Positions 8,359 through 18,394 of a DNA stretch of 64,000 nucleotides are shown here, in pieces. Origin of the DNA: Gemmatimonadota bacterium (lineage in GTDB: Bacteria > Gemmatimonadota > Gemmatimonadetes > Gemmatimonadales > Gemmatimonadaceae); NCBI GenBank assembly GCA_947461225.1, contig CANHJV010000001.1, positions 16,962 through 80,961 of the forward strand. Direction: 5' to 3'. Each line of letters opens with the position of its first letter. Within the stretch, counting starts at the first letter, position 1. The position numbers and the translations under genes were made by a program. The notes under the pieces were generated by a model. It did not search any database and was not told the DNA's origin. It saw nothing but the letters and a program-made list of their open reading frames with translations.

Positions 8359-10725
8359 TTAGAGTTTCCGCATCTCGTCCGCCGCGCTGATCACGTATCC
8401 CAGATCTTTCGACAGCGCGCGCGCTTCCTGCGTGGCATTCGTGACGTCGCTGATCGCCGCGCCGACGCCCATGGTGCGCAGCTTCACGATATCGAGACGC
8501 AGTGAGCGCAGCGCCATCGACGCACTATCGAGCTGACGCTGCATCGTTTCGCGGCGCGCGATGAGTTCCTGCAACGACGACAACTGCCGCGTGAGTAACG
8601 TGAGACGGCGCTCGCGGTCGGGCGCCTGCTCGGGCTCGGCCTGCACCGATGCCACGCGCGCCTCGAGTTGCGTGAGCGCATCGGCCGGCAGATCGCGCTG
8701 CAGTCGTTCCAGACCGTTCGCGAGGGCAGCGACGCGCTCCAGCAGCGCGTCGGCGGTAGGCTCCACGTCGGGCACCAGCGCCTTGTCGGCGTCAGACAGC
8801 TTCGCCGTCACGTCCTTGATCGTGAGCCGATCGTCGACGGCGTTGCGCAGCAGGTCTCCGTACGCCGACGCCAGCAGTTGATCGCCGGCGATCAGGGCAA
8901 GTTGCTCGCGCATCTTCACATCGAACGGTCGGTCGTCAGACGCTGCGGCAATCGCCTGCCAACGGCCATTCCACGCATCACCCGCCGAAACGCCGAGCCG
9001 ACGCAAGCGCATGACGTCGCGCGCGAGCATCTGCGCGCTCGCGAACGCCGCCAGACCGGCGCCGACCATGGGCACGATCATCGGCGTGAGTTCCGCCGAC
9101 GCGCCGATCACGAGACTGCCGAGCGACACCGCCGCCGAGCCCATCAACCACTTCGCGTGCTTCACGAACGCCGTTGACGCCTCGGCGATCCGCGCCGGCT
9201 TGCTGCGCGGGTCGTCGTCACGCTTCGGCGCGGACTCGCCGCCGAAGATGCGCGCCAGCGTGATGCCACGACGGCGCAGTCGGATGTAGCGACCGAGCAG
9301 TCCCATGCCCATGCCCATCGCCGGGAAGATCGCCCACGGAAATCCAGGACTTGTCGTGGCGTTGATAACACCGAGGAACACGATCATGCCCGCCGTCGAG
9401 ATCATCTGCCCCTTGAAGCGCTCGATGACGTCTTCGTCACTACGCCACGCACTGGTCGCGTCACCGTACTGATCATTCCACTGCGACTGTACGTCGCGGC
9501 GCTGCTGCCGCACCGCCACCCGCCAATCCTGCAGGGCTTCCTTCGACGCACGATTCCATTCGCGCACCTGCTCGCGTGACGCGCCGGGGGGTAGTGGTGG
9601 CAGGGCCGGCATGGGCGGCAAGCCGCCGGGTGCGGGATACGCGCGCGGGGCGGGCGCGGGGGCCACCACGTTGCGCGGTGCCCAGTCTTCCGACCGCTGC
9701 CCGTACCGCGCATCGTCTCGATGTTCCGGTGCACGCGACCCCGCTGTCTCGTGATGGCTCACCGGCGGCGGCGGGTACAACGGAGCCGGCGCAAGCGGCG
9801 CGTACGCGCGGTGCGCGCCCGTGCGCAACGAGCCATCGCGCTGCACGATGCGCAACGCATCGCGCAGTTGCAGCGCATTGTCCCACCGATCTTGAGGCCG
9901 CTTGGCCAGACAACGCTCGAGAATGTCGACGAGCGTGTGCGGCGCATCGGGTCGCACGGCACGAATGGGCATCGGCGTTTCACTCACGTGCTTCATGAGC
10001 ATTGCCGGCGTGGTCGTCGCCTCGAATGGCAAGCGTCCGGCCAGCATGAGATAGCCCACGACCCCGAGCGAGTAGATGTCGCTGCGTCCGTCGATTTCGC
10101 GATCGCCGGTGGCCTGTTCGGGACTCATGAAGGCTGGTGTGCCCACCGCGATACCGGTCTGCGTGAGCCGTGATCCACTTTCGGCCGCGCGCGCGATGCC
10201 GAAGTCGGTCACCATCGCGCGGCCCGACTCCGCGTCGACCAACACGTTGTCGGGCTTCACGTCACGGTGTACGACGCCGCAGGCATGGGCGTAAGCGAGC
10301 GCGTCAGCCACCTGCTCCAGCAGGTGCGCGATCTCCTCGAACGTGGGCCGCGGCTCGCGGACGATACGCGCGGCGAGACTCTCTCCCTTCACCAACGCCA
10401 TAGCAAAGCAGACCAGCCCACCTTCTTCGTGCACGGCATAGATCGACACGATATGCGGGTGGTTGAGCCGCGCGGCGGTCTGCGCTTCGCGCACGAAGCG
10501 CTCGCGCACATCTCCACGAAACGCGAGTTCCGGAGGCAGCACTTTGAGCGCGACCGGCCGCTGCAGCCGCACGTCCTCGGCGGCGTACACCACCGCCATG
10601 CCGCCGCGACCGACTTCCTGTTGGATGAGGTACAGGTCACCGACCGCTGCCGTCACGCGGTCGCGCAGCAGATTCGACTCGGCCTGCGTTGCCGCCTTCC
10701 TGGCCGCCTGCTGACCGTCGGGCAT
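8359..10725 (-). CDS. Hanks-type Ser/Thr protein kinase with TM hairpins and a C-terminal coiled coil
   Basis: GRGGMAVVY, VALK, HRDVKPDN, DFG, GTPAFMSPE, DIYSLG; 2TM-like segment INATTSPGFPWAIFP plus a second hydrophobic pair. Confidence 0.92.
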   Translation of the reverse strand: MPDGQQAARKAATQAESNLLRDRVTAAVGDLYLIQQEVGRGGMAVVYAAEDVRLQRPVALKVLPPELAFRGDVRERFVREAQTAARLNHPHIVSIYAVHEEGGLVCFAMALVKGESLAARIVREPRPTFEEIAHLLEQVADALAYAHACGVVHRDVKPDNVLVDAESGRAMVTDFGIARAAESGSRLTQTGIAVGTPAFMSPEQATGDREIDGRSDIYSLGVVGYLMLAGRLPFEATTTPAMLMKHVSETPMPIRAVRPDAPHTLVDILERCLAKRPQDRWDNALQLRDALRIVQRDGSLRTGAHRAYAPLAPAPLYPPPPVSHHETAGSRAPEHRDDARYGQRSEDWAPRNVVAPAPAPRAYPAPGGLPPMPALPPLPPGASREQVREWNRASKEALQDWRVAVRQQRRDVQSQWNDQYGDATSAWRSDEDVIERFKGQMISTAGMIVFLGVINATTSPGFPWAIFPAMGMGMGLLGRYIRLRRRGITLARIFGGESAPKRDDDPRSKPARIAEASTAFVKHAKWLMGSAAVSLGSLVIGASAELTPMIVPMVGAGLAAFASAQMLARDVMRLRRLGVSAGDAWNGRWQAIAAASDDRPFDVKMREQLALIAGDQLLASAYGDLLRNAVDDRLTIKDVTAKLSDADKALVPDVEPTADALLERVAALANGLERLQRDLPADALTQLEARVASVQAEPEQAPDRERRLTLLTRQLSSLQELIARRETMQRQLDSASMALRSLRLDIVKLRTMGVGAAISDVTNATQEARALSKDLGYVISAADEMRKL

Positions 10726-10737
10726 CGTGAGGCTGGC

Positions 10738-12834
10738 TTACGCCAAACCGGAGCGCGAAGACGTCGCCTCGCGCACTTCGTTGGCCGATTGCACCGCGAT
10801 GTCGACATCGCGGGCCAACTGCATGGCCTGTTCCGCGACGAGCGTCACGCTCTGCACCGAGCTGTTGCCGGTACGCAGGCGCACGAGATCGAGGCGTACG
10901 TTCTCGAGGGCAATGCGGCAGCTCTCGAGCTGCGCCCGACGCAGTTCACGCTTGCCGAGGGCATCGGCCATCATGCGCCGGTCTCGACGCAACTGTGCCA
11001 GTCGCCGTACACGCCCTTCGCTGCGCTGCGTGTCGAGCGGATTGGCCTCGGCTTCGAGTGCGGCAATCTCGGTATCGATGCGTCGCATGGTGTCGGGGCC
11101 CTGCTCACGATCCACCCGCGCAATGTCGCGGGCGATGATCTCGACTTTGTTCACCAGATCCACGGCCGTGCGTGCGACATCAGGAATCCGACCGCGCTCG
11201 TCGGCCGGCAGCGTGCCGAGCAATCGGCCGATCTCTTCACGGTCGGCGCGCGCCGCTTTGACCAAACTCACGAAGTCCCCGAGTTCCTCGTCGCGGGCCG
11301 GCGCACTCGGCATCGCGACCGCCGAGCGCGGTGTCAGCGGCGCCGACGGCGTCGAGGACAGCACGCCATCGAGACGATTGCGTAAACGCCCCTGCGCCCG
11401 CAGCTCCTCGCGCTTTTTGCGGCTGAAGGTGGCCATCAGCTTGTCGCCGAGATCGGACAGCACTTCACCGAGCATGCGATGCTTCGGCTGCTTCAGCACG
11501 TCCGTCCAGTCGAACCCGTCGGCCCAGAGCTTCGCATACTTCCACGCGATATACACCGTCCAGAGCGTGGTGAGCCCCAGCATGTCGCCGCCCGTAAAGA
11601 TGCTGCCCACGAGGATCGCACCGTTCACGAACAGATAGGGGGCCAGCTTGCGACGGAACGCCACGACGGGCGGAGCGAACCAGCGCGCCTCATCTTCGGC
11701 CGTGGCCACGTACACATCGTCGCCGGAGGGCTGCGGCTGATACAGCGGATATGGCGCCGCGGATGGCATGGCCGCCGTCCGCGTCTGGTACGTAGGCGGC
11801 TGATACGCTGGCGGTGTGTAGGGGGCTGGCGTATACGGCGCGGATGGGCTTGGCGAGCCCAAACCTCCCAGCGGCATCCCACCGATCGGCGCGCCGTTGA
11901 AGCGTACGGGCGCACCGGTCGCCTGCTGCGTCGCCGCCAGATTGGTCGCAGGCGGCACGACACCGGTTTTCAACGCCGTGACCATCTCGCCGGCGCTCTG
12001 AAAACGGTGTTCTGGGCTCTTCTCCAAACACCGCATCACGATCTGCGAGAGATCGTCGGGGGTATCCGGGCGACGCAGCGACACCGCTACCGGCACCTCG
12101 GCGAGATGCTTGACCAGCAACGCCGGTGTGGTGCCACCGGTAAACGGAGGCTCGCCCGCCAACATCTGGTAGGCCACGATGCCGAGCGAATAGAGATCGC
12201 TGCGGGCATCGAGATCACGATCACCGGACGCCTGCTCCGGTGACATGTACGCCGGCGTGCCGATCGCCATGCCCGTGGCGGTCAGACGCGACGTTTCGCC
12301 GCTGTCGCTGGCGGCCCGCGCGATCCCGAAGTCGGTTACGAGCGCCCGACCATCGATACTGTCCAGCAGGATGTTGTCGGGCTTGATATCGCGGTGAATG
12401 ACGCCCCGCGCGTGGGCAAACGCGAGCGCATCGGCCACTTCGAGCAGCCAGCGGCGGACGTCCTCGATTGGCAGTGGCCCACGCTTCTGCAACTTGGTGG
12501 CGAGATTGTCGCCGTCGATGCAGGCCATCACGAAGAACACGAGGTTCCCGACTTCGTCGACCGAATAGATCGGGACGATATTCGGATGACTCAGCTGGGC
12601 GGCCGTCTCGGCTTCGCGCAGAAAGCGCGTGCGGATGTCACGCCGGAACGACAGCTCCGGCGGCAAAAGCTTGATCGCCACGAACCGTTTGAGGCGCTTG
12701 TCCTTCGCCCGATACACGATGCCCATGCCACCACGACCGATCTCCTGATCGAGTTCATAGGTAGCACTGAGCGCCTGCTCCACATGGGCGCGCAGTTCAG
12801 CATCTTCGGCGGATGGGACTACGGAATCGGGCAC
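10738..12834 (-). CDS. Hanks-type Ser/Thr protein kinase, paralog of the adjacent kinase
   Basis: GRGGMGIVY, VAIK, HRDIKPDN, DFG, GTPAYMSPE; TM hairpin and coiled-coil tail. Start GTG 12834 preferred (ORF track 12903). Confidence 0.92.
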   Translation of the reverse strand: MPDSVVPSAEDAELRAHVEQALSATYELDQEIGRGGMGIVYRAKDKRLKRFVAIKLLPPELSFRRDIRTRFLREAETAAQLSHPNIVPIYSVDEVGNLVFFVMACIDGDNLATKLQKRGPLPIEDVRRWLLEVADALAFAHARGVIHRDIKPDNILLDSIDGRALVTDFGIARAASDSGETSRLTATGMAIGTPAYMSPEQASGDRDLDARSDLYSLGIVAYQMLAGEPPFTGGTTPALLVKHLAEVPVAVSLRRPDTPDDLSQIVMRCLEKSPEHRFQSAGEMVTALKTGVVPPATNLAATQQATGAPVRFNGAPIGGMPLGGLGSPSPSAPYTPAPYTPPAYQPPTYQTRTAAMPSAAPYPLYQPQPSGDDVYVATAEDEARWFAPPVVAFRRKLAPYLFVNGAILVGSIFTGGDMLGLTTLWTVYIAWKYAKLWADGFDWTDVLKQPKHRMLGEVLSDLGDKLMATFSRKKREELRAQGRLRNRLDGVLSSTPSAPLTPRSAVAMPSAPARDEELGDFVSLVKAARADREEIGRLLGTLPADERGRIPDVARTAVDLVNKVEIIARDIARVDREQGPDTMRRIDTEIAALEAEANPLDTQRSEGRVRRLAQLRRDRRMMADALGKRELRRAQLESCRIALENVRLDLVRLRTGNSSVQSVTLVAEQAMQLARDVDIAVQSANEVREATSSRSGLA

Positions 12835-13179
12835 TCGCGTTGGAATCGGGGAGAGTCGGGCAGTCTGTCTAGTGTAGCACCGGAGAGAAACCGGCAACAG
12901 CATCCGTGAGGCGGTCAGTACACCGCCGTACGGTCCGAGCTCGTCGGGAGTTGCAACTGGTGCGCATTCATCCCTCCACCCGCCAGTCGGTCATCCTGAC
13001 CGCAGCGGCGCCGGCATTCCAGGTACCGACAATTCGGCGGGTCGCTGACCCACGGGTACCGTCATCGCGGCACAGATACCCGCGTCGGCTTGCGAAGACT
13101 GCCGCGATGGCGTAATCCACACGGTGCGAATCCTGCCCTTTGGCTGGCGGTATTCCTCTTCCAAACAGGATCGTACGTC

Positions 13180-15672
13180 ATGGGTCAGCGCCAAACGCTT
13201 CCTGTCCTGCCGTTGCGCGGGACGGTCATGTTCCCCGGCATCACCGCACCGATCGCGGCGGGCCGCCCCGGCACCTTGAGGGCCATTGAAACGGCGCTCA
13301 AGGGAGATCGGCTCGTCTTTGCCGTCGCCCAGCGCGACAACACCGAAGAGCCGACGTCGGACATTCTGTTCACGACGGGCGTCATCGCCCGCATTGGCCA
13401 GATCCAGCGCGGTCTGGGCGGTGTGCAGTTGCTCCTGCAAGGGGAGCAGCGCGCCACCGCGTTGCAGTACGCCGAAGTCGACGGATATCTCCAGGCGGTG
13501 ATCGTCCCCGCCGAGGAGATGATGCCACTCGACCTCAAAAACGCCGCGTTCGAAGCGCTCCATAAGGAGGCGCGCGAGCGTGCCGCCGAGTTGGGTGAAA
13601 AGCGCGGCCTGCCTGAGGAAGTGGTGCATCAGGTGCTCGACTCGGTCGACGATGCCGGCAAGTTCTCCGACCTCGTAGCCGGCTACATCGAACTCACGGT
13701 CCCCGAAAAACAGGGGCTGCTCGAGACGCTCTCGGTGGAAGAGCGCCTGCGCCGCGTGCTGGTGCATGTGCAGCGCCAGATCGGCTTGCTCGAAGCCCAG
13801 GAAGACATCAAGTCGCAAGTCCAGGAAGAACTGGGCGAGCGACAGCGCGAGATGTTCCTGCGCGAGCAACTGAAGGCCATTCAGAAGGAACTCGGCGATG
13901 ACGATCAGTCGAAAGAGATCACCGAGCTCCGCGAGAAGCTGACCAAGCTCGAGCTCCCGAAGGAAGCGCGCGCGGAATCGGAGCGTGAATTAGGCCGCCT
14001 CGAGCGCGCCGGTCGCGAGTCGATGGAGGCGCAGGTGATTCGCACCTATCTCGAGTGGATCGCCGAGCTGCCGTGGAGCCAGCGCTCGGATGATCACCTT
14101 GAGCTCGCCCGTGCCGGCGAAATTCTCGAGGAGGATCACTACGGCCTCAAGGACGTGAAGGATCGCGTGCTCGAGTTCCTGGCCGTGCGCCAGCTTCGCG
14201 CGCAGCAGATCGCGGCCGAGGTGGTCGCCTCGGGAGACGGCCCAAAGACGGACGCCAAGGAAGCCAAGGCCCGCGCCATGGCGAAGGGCCCGATCCTGCT
14301 CTTCAACGGACCGCCGGGTGTCGGCAAAACGAGTATCGCCAAGTCGATCGCGCGTGCGCTCGGCCGTGAATACGTGCGTGTGGCCCTCGGTGGCGCGCGC
14401 GACGAAGCGGACATCCGTGGCCACCGCCGTACCTATGTGGGCGCCATGCCCGGTCGCATCATTCAGGGCATGAAGCAGGCGGGCAGCAAGAACCCTGTGT
14501 TCCTGCTCGACGAAGTCGACAAGCTCGGCACGTCGTATCAGGGCGACCCCTCCAGCGCGCTGCTGGAAGTGCTCGATCCGGCGCAGAACGACTCGTTCAC
14601 CGACCACTATCTCGGCGTCCCGTTCGACCTGAGCGAAGTGCTGTTCATCGCCACGTCGAACTTCATCCAAAACATTCCCGGTCCGCTGCTGGACCGCATG
14701 GAAGTGGTGGACTTCAGCGGCTACACTGAGCGCGAGAAGTCGGAAATCGCGAAGACGTATCTCATTCCCCGTCAGCTCGAGGAATCGGGACTCGGACAGC
14801 GCGATCTCAAGTTCACCGACGACGCGGTGATGAAGGTGATCAGCGAATACACCCGCGAGAGCGGCGTGCGTCAGCTCGAGCGTCAGCTCGGCGCCGTGGC
14901 GCGCAAGGTGGCGCGGCGCGTCGCGATGGGTGACACGGCCACGATCAACGACAAGGTGATCAGCAGCGAGGAGGTGCGCGAACTGCTGGGCCGTCCCAAG
15001 GTCCATCCGGAGCGCGTGGCCGAGCACGATGAGGTGGGTATCACCACGGGCATGTACTACACACCGATGGGCGGCGACATCATGTTCGTGGAAGCGAGCA
15101 TCCGCCGAGGCTCGTCGGGGCCGGTGAAGAGCGACGACGGCGCCGAGGTGGTGCGCGTGGGGCCGATCTCGCTCATTCTGACCGGACAGCTGGGTGACGT
15201 GATGAAGGAGAGTGCCCGGGCGGCGCTCACCTACGCCACGAACAATGCGGCGTTGCTGGGTATTCCGGCCGATCGCGTGGCGTCGGCCAGTGAGGCGCAC
15301 ATTCACGTGCCGGCGGGTGCTATTCCGAAGGACGGCCCCAGTGCCGGTATCGCGATTGCACTCGCGCTTGTGAGCGAGATGTCAAACCGCAAGGTCCGAC
15401 GCGATGTCTCGATGACGGGTGAGATTACGCTACGCGGTCGGGTATTGCCGATCGGTGGCGTGAAGGAGAAGGTCCTCGGCGCTCATCGGGCCGGCATCAA
15501 GGAAGTGATCATCCCGAAGGCGAATGAAGCGGACCTCGAGGACGTGCCGGACGAAGTGCGCGAGCAGCTGATCTTCCACCCGGTCGAGACCATGCGCGAA
15601 GTGCTCGCCATTGCCCTGGTGGATCAGGGACGGCCGGCCCCGGTTGAGGTGGACGAACTGATTGGGGTGTAA
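13180..15672 (+). CDS. lon: ATP-dependent Lon protease
   Basis: LPVLPLR N-domain, GPPGVGKT, LLDEVDK, PKDGPSAG (catalytic Ser), GGVKEK (catalytic Lys). Confidence 0.97.
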   Translation: MGQRQTLPVLPLRGTVMFPGITAPIAAGRPGTLRAIETALKGDRLVFAVAQRDNTEEPTSDILFTTGVIARIGQIQRGLGGVQLLLQGEQRATALQYAEVDGYLQAVIVPAEEMMPLDLKNAAFEALHKEARERAAELGEKRGLPEEVVHQVLDSVDDAGKFSDLVAGYIELTVPEKQGLLETLSVEERLRRVLVHVQRQIGLLEAQEDIKSQVQEELGERQREMFLREQLKAIQKELGDDDQSKEITELREKLTKLELPKEARAESERELGRLERAGRESMEAQVIRTYLEWIAELPWSQRSDDHLELARAGEILEEDHYGLKDVKDRVLEFLAVRQLRAQQIAAEVVASGDGPKTDAKEAKARAMAKGPILLFNGPPGVGKTSIAKSIARALGREYVRVALGGARDEADIRGHRRTYVGAMPGRIIQGMKQAGSKNPVFLLDEVDKLGTSYQGDPSSALLEVLDPAQNDSFTDHYLGVPFDLSEVLFIATSNFIQNIPGPLLDRMEVVDFSGYTEREKSEIAKTYLIPRQLEESGLGQRDLKFTDDAVMKVISEYTRESGVRQLERQLGAVARKVARRVAMGDTATINDKVISSEEVRELLGRPKVHPERVAEHDEVGITTGMYYTPMGGDIMFVEASIRRGSSGPVKSDDGAEVVRVGPISLILTGQLGDVMKESARAALTYATNNAALLGIPADRVASASEAHIHVPAGAIPKDGPSAGIAIALALVSEMSNRKVRRDVSMTGEITLRGRVLPIGGVKEKVLGAHRAGIKEVIIPKANEADLEDVPDEVREQLIFHPVETMREVLAIALVDQGRPAPVEVDELIGV

Positions 15673-15678
15673 CGGCGA

Positions 15679-15713
15679 AGTACGGGGTAGGGGGTAGGGA
15701 GTCGGGAGTCGGG
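15679..15713 (+). repeat. Heptamer tandem repeat (RGTMNGG) x5, G-rich
   Basis: agtacgg ggtaggg ggtaggg agtcggg agtcggg just after the lon stop; same family as the 1791 and 47796 arrays. Confidence 0.7.
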
Positions 15714-15799
15714 GGCGGCGGGCTTTCAGAGGCCTGTCGCCCCCGTTCTACATCACATGACTTATTCCGCTTGCCCTCAGTCGGGCGCAAGTTGAAACC

Positions 15800-17470
15800 A
15801 TGACAACGCCCCAAGAGTCCACGCGCGGCTTCGTCCGTCTGGCCATCGAGGCGGACCACGATGCCATACATGCCCTGAATTACAGGACCTTCGTCGAAGA
15901 AATCCCCCAGCACGCGCCCAATGCCTCGCGGCGCCACGTGGATCGTTTTCACGACGAGAATGTGTATGCGGTCTATGAAGTGAACGGCCGCATCGTCGGC
16001 ATGGTGAGCGGACGCACGCAGCGCCCCTTCTCGCTCGACCAGAAGCTGGGCAGTGTCGACGACTATCTCCCGGCCGGGCGGACGCCGGTTGAAATCCGGC
16101 TGCTGGCAGTCGAGCCCGAGTTTCGCGCCAGCCGCGTGTTCGCGCAGCTCGTTGGATTCATTACGCGCCACCTCATGGCGCAAGGGTACGACCTCGGCAT
16201 CATGTCGGGCACCACCCGTCAGCTCCGATTGTACCGGCATCTTGGATTTCATGCCTTCGGCCCGCTCATCGGCACCGAGCAGGCGTCGTACCAGCCCATG
16301 TACATCACGGCCGAGGAGGTCCTCATGTGGCCCGACGCCATGAATGACGGGGTGGAAACCCTCAGTACGGGCGCCAACTTCCTGCCCGGTCCGGTGGGGA
16401 TCAGCGACGCGGTCCAGCAGGCGATGCAGCGTGGAGCCACCTCGCATCGGTCCGATGCATTCCACGCCCGGTATCGCGACGCGCAGCAGCGGCTGTGCGC
16501 ATTGGCCAACGCGCGGCACGCCACGATGCTGTTGGGTTCCGGCACGCTGGCCAACGATGTCGTGGCCGCGCAAATCGCGTTGCTCGACGCGCCCGGTGTG
16601 ATCGTGAGCAATGGCGAGTTCGGCGAGCGACTGATGGATCACGCCACGCGGATGCAGATTCACCACACCGTCGTGCGCGCCCCGTGGGGTGAGCGGCTCG
16701 ACTACGTGGCGGTCGCGCACGAGATGCAGCGGTCGGGAGCAGGCTGGCTGTGGGCCGTGCATGGCGAAACGTCCACCGGTGTGATGAACGACCTCGAGGC
16801 GCTCACCGCCATCGTGCACACGCATGGCGCAAAACTGGCCCTCGATGTGATCAGCAGCTTGGGCACCATGCCACTCTCGTTGCAGCACGTGTGGATGGCC
16901 AGTGCCGTGAGCGGTAAAGCACTCTCGGCGTTTCCCGGCGTCGCCATTGTGTTCCATCACGGCGACACCTGCTCGGCCAGCACGCGCATTCCGCGCTATC
17001 TCGATCTCGGCTTCGCCGTGGCGCAACACGGCGTCCCGTTCACCCATTCGTCAAACCTGCTCGACGCGCTCGGCACGTCGCTCGCGGAGATCGACTGGCC
17101 GGCGCGCTTCCGCCGCCTCGCCCTCGACGGCGCTTGGCTTCGCCGAGCGATGGAGTCGCGCGGTTGGCGCGTACTGGCCGACGCCCGTTTCGCCTCACCC
17201 GCCGTGCACACGATGATCCCGCCGGCCGGTGTGAGTGCACGCGCACTCGGCGAGCGACTCCGCGATGCCGGATGGCTGATCAGCTTCGAGAGCGGCTACC
17301 TATGCGAACGCAACTGGCTGCAGGTGTGTCTGATGGGGCACTACACGCCCGAGGCCCTGCGCGCCTTCCCGGCGGCGCTGGATCGGTGTGCCGATGGGGC
17401 GGCGGTGAAGCGGCCACCGCAGGCGGCGCCGCCGGGGGAGTTCTCGGTGGGGCGGGCAGCGACGGCTTGA
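15800..17470 (+). CDS. Fusion of a GNAT-type acyltransferase domain and a class V (fold-type I) PLP-dependent domain
   Basis: N-terminal LNYRTFVEEIPQH, EIRLLAV, LYRHLGF; C-terminal FLPGP, GSGT, NGEFGER, HGETSTG, LDVISSLG, SGK (PLP Lys). Confidence 0.88.
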   Translation: MTTPQESTRGFVRLAIEADHDAIHALNYRTFVEEIPQHAPNASRRHVDRFHDENVYAVYEVNGRIVGMVSGRTQRPFSLDQKLGSVDDYLPAGRTPVEIRLLAVEPEFRASRVFAQLVGFITRHLMAQGYDLGIMSGTTRQLRLYRHLGFHAFGPLIGTEQASYQPMYITAEEVLMWPDAMNDGVETLSTGANFLPGPVGISDAVQQAMQRGATSHRSDAFHARYRDAQQRLCALANARHATMLLGSGTLANDVVAAQIALLDAPGVIVSNGEFGERLMDHATRMQIHHTVVRAPWGERLDYVAVAHEMQRSGAGWLWAVHGETSTGVMNDLEALTAIVHTHGAKLALDVISSLGTMPLSLQHVWMASAVSGKALSAFPGVAIVFHHGDTCSASTRIPRYLDLGFAVAQHGVPFTHSSNLLDALGTSLAEIDWPARFRRLALDGAWLRRAMESRGWRVLADARFASPAVHTMIPPAGVSARALGERLRDAGWLISFESGYLCERNWLQVCLMGHYTPEALRAFPAALDRCADGAAVKRPPQAAPPGEFSVGRAATA

Positions 17471-17571
17471 ACGACCGCTGGAACGGAAACGGCGACAGCA
17501 ACGGCAACGGCCAGAACACGGATGACACCGATAGACGGAAACAACACAGATAAGCAAACTGCATTGAAATT

Positions 17572-18214
17572 GTGATCGCTGGTGAACGCGATCGGCACCA
17601 CGAGCACGTTCTTCTGTCCGCGCGGCTTACCGAGGCTGCAATCTCCGCGGGATACGCATCACCGCGGTCGATGACTTTGAGTGGCAACGAGAGCGCGCTG
17701 AAGAGCACCAAAATATCGTCGCGCTCGTGAGCGGCGTACTGCTCGAGCCCGTCGTCGAACAGGACCACTGCGGGTATTGCGTGAACGCCACCGCGCGCGT
17801 GATCCCGTCCGCCTTCTTCGTCTGCAGCGCGTCGTCGGCAAACGGCGGTGCGTAGCGGAACGACACGTAGAACCTGTGCGGCGCCGTGTCGGGTGACATT
17901 TCGTCGAGCCGCGCGCACATCGCGTCGCCCTGCGCCTTGGTCCACGCGAGGGCCGGCGACCCACCCCCGATCGCGTCGTACCACTTGCGCACCTTCAGCG
18001 CCCGCCGCGTGGCGATGAACTTGCCCAATACGTCCTGTCACGGAAGCTGAAGGATCTCCTTGTCGGCGAAGAGGCGCCGCAGGAACGGCTCCACGTCATC
18101 GAGCGTCGCCGGCCCCCCGAGGTTCATCATCACGATGCCGGTGCCACTACCAGCGCGAGCCTGCTCGTGCGCGCCCGACGGGCGACGGAACGGAAGAACA
18201 TCACAGGGCGTCAT
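17572..18214 (-). pseudogene. hemH: Ferrochelatase pseudogene (mitochondrial/FECH-like type)
   Basis: MMNLGGP...FLRRLFADKEILQLP*QDVLGKFIA...IGGGSP...FRY...AFTQYPQWSCSTTGSS, then a frameshifted LFSALSLP...RGDAYP piece, then VLVVPIAFTSDH. In-frame TGA at 18040-18038, two internal deletions, truncated C-terminus. Confidence 0.9.
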
Positions 18215-18325
18215 GCGCTGAAGTGTCGACCAACGCACCGCCAAATTCCATTGTGGTGAAATGTGTGGTTCACCCATCCGTAGCATTGCGGATCCACCCC
18301 AACCCACTCAACACTGTGAACTGCA

Positions 18326-18386
18326 GTTGCTCGACTCTGACCACGATAAGCAGTCTGACGCCAGTACTCTGACCACTGACCACTGA
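18326..18386. repeat. Dispersed repeat shared with 8281-8317, followed by ctgacca heptamers
   Basis: gttgctcgactctgaccacgataagcagtctgacgcc versus gttgctcgactctgaacactatatgaagtctgacgcc (33/37 identical by hand alignment). Confidence 0.7.
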
Positions 18387-18394
18387 ATCCGTGT

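Noticed and set aside
13121-13137. GG-N10-GC pattern upstream of lon as a sigma-54 promoter
   Set aside because: Weak match to the consensus, easily produced by chance at this GC content.
17475-17562. Low-complexity aacggc / acacggat-type repeats after the GNAT-PLP gene
   Set aside because: Too degenerate to define as an element; noted only as the site where hemH is truncated.
18038-18040. TGA in hemH as selenocysteine, readthrough or an alternative genetic code
   Set aside because: The same gene also has deletions, a frameshift and loss of a conserved His, and TGA is a normal stop in many neighbouring genes.
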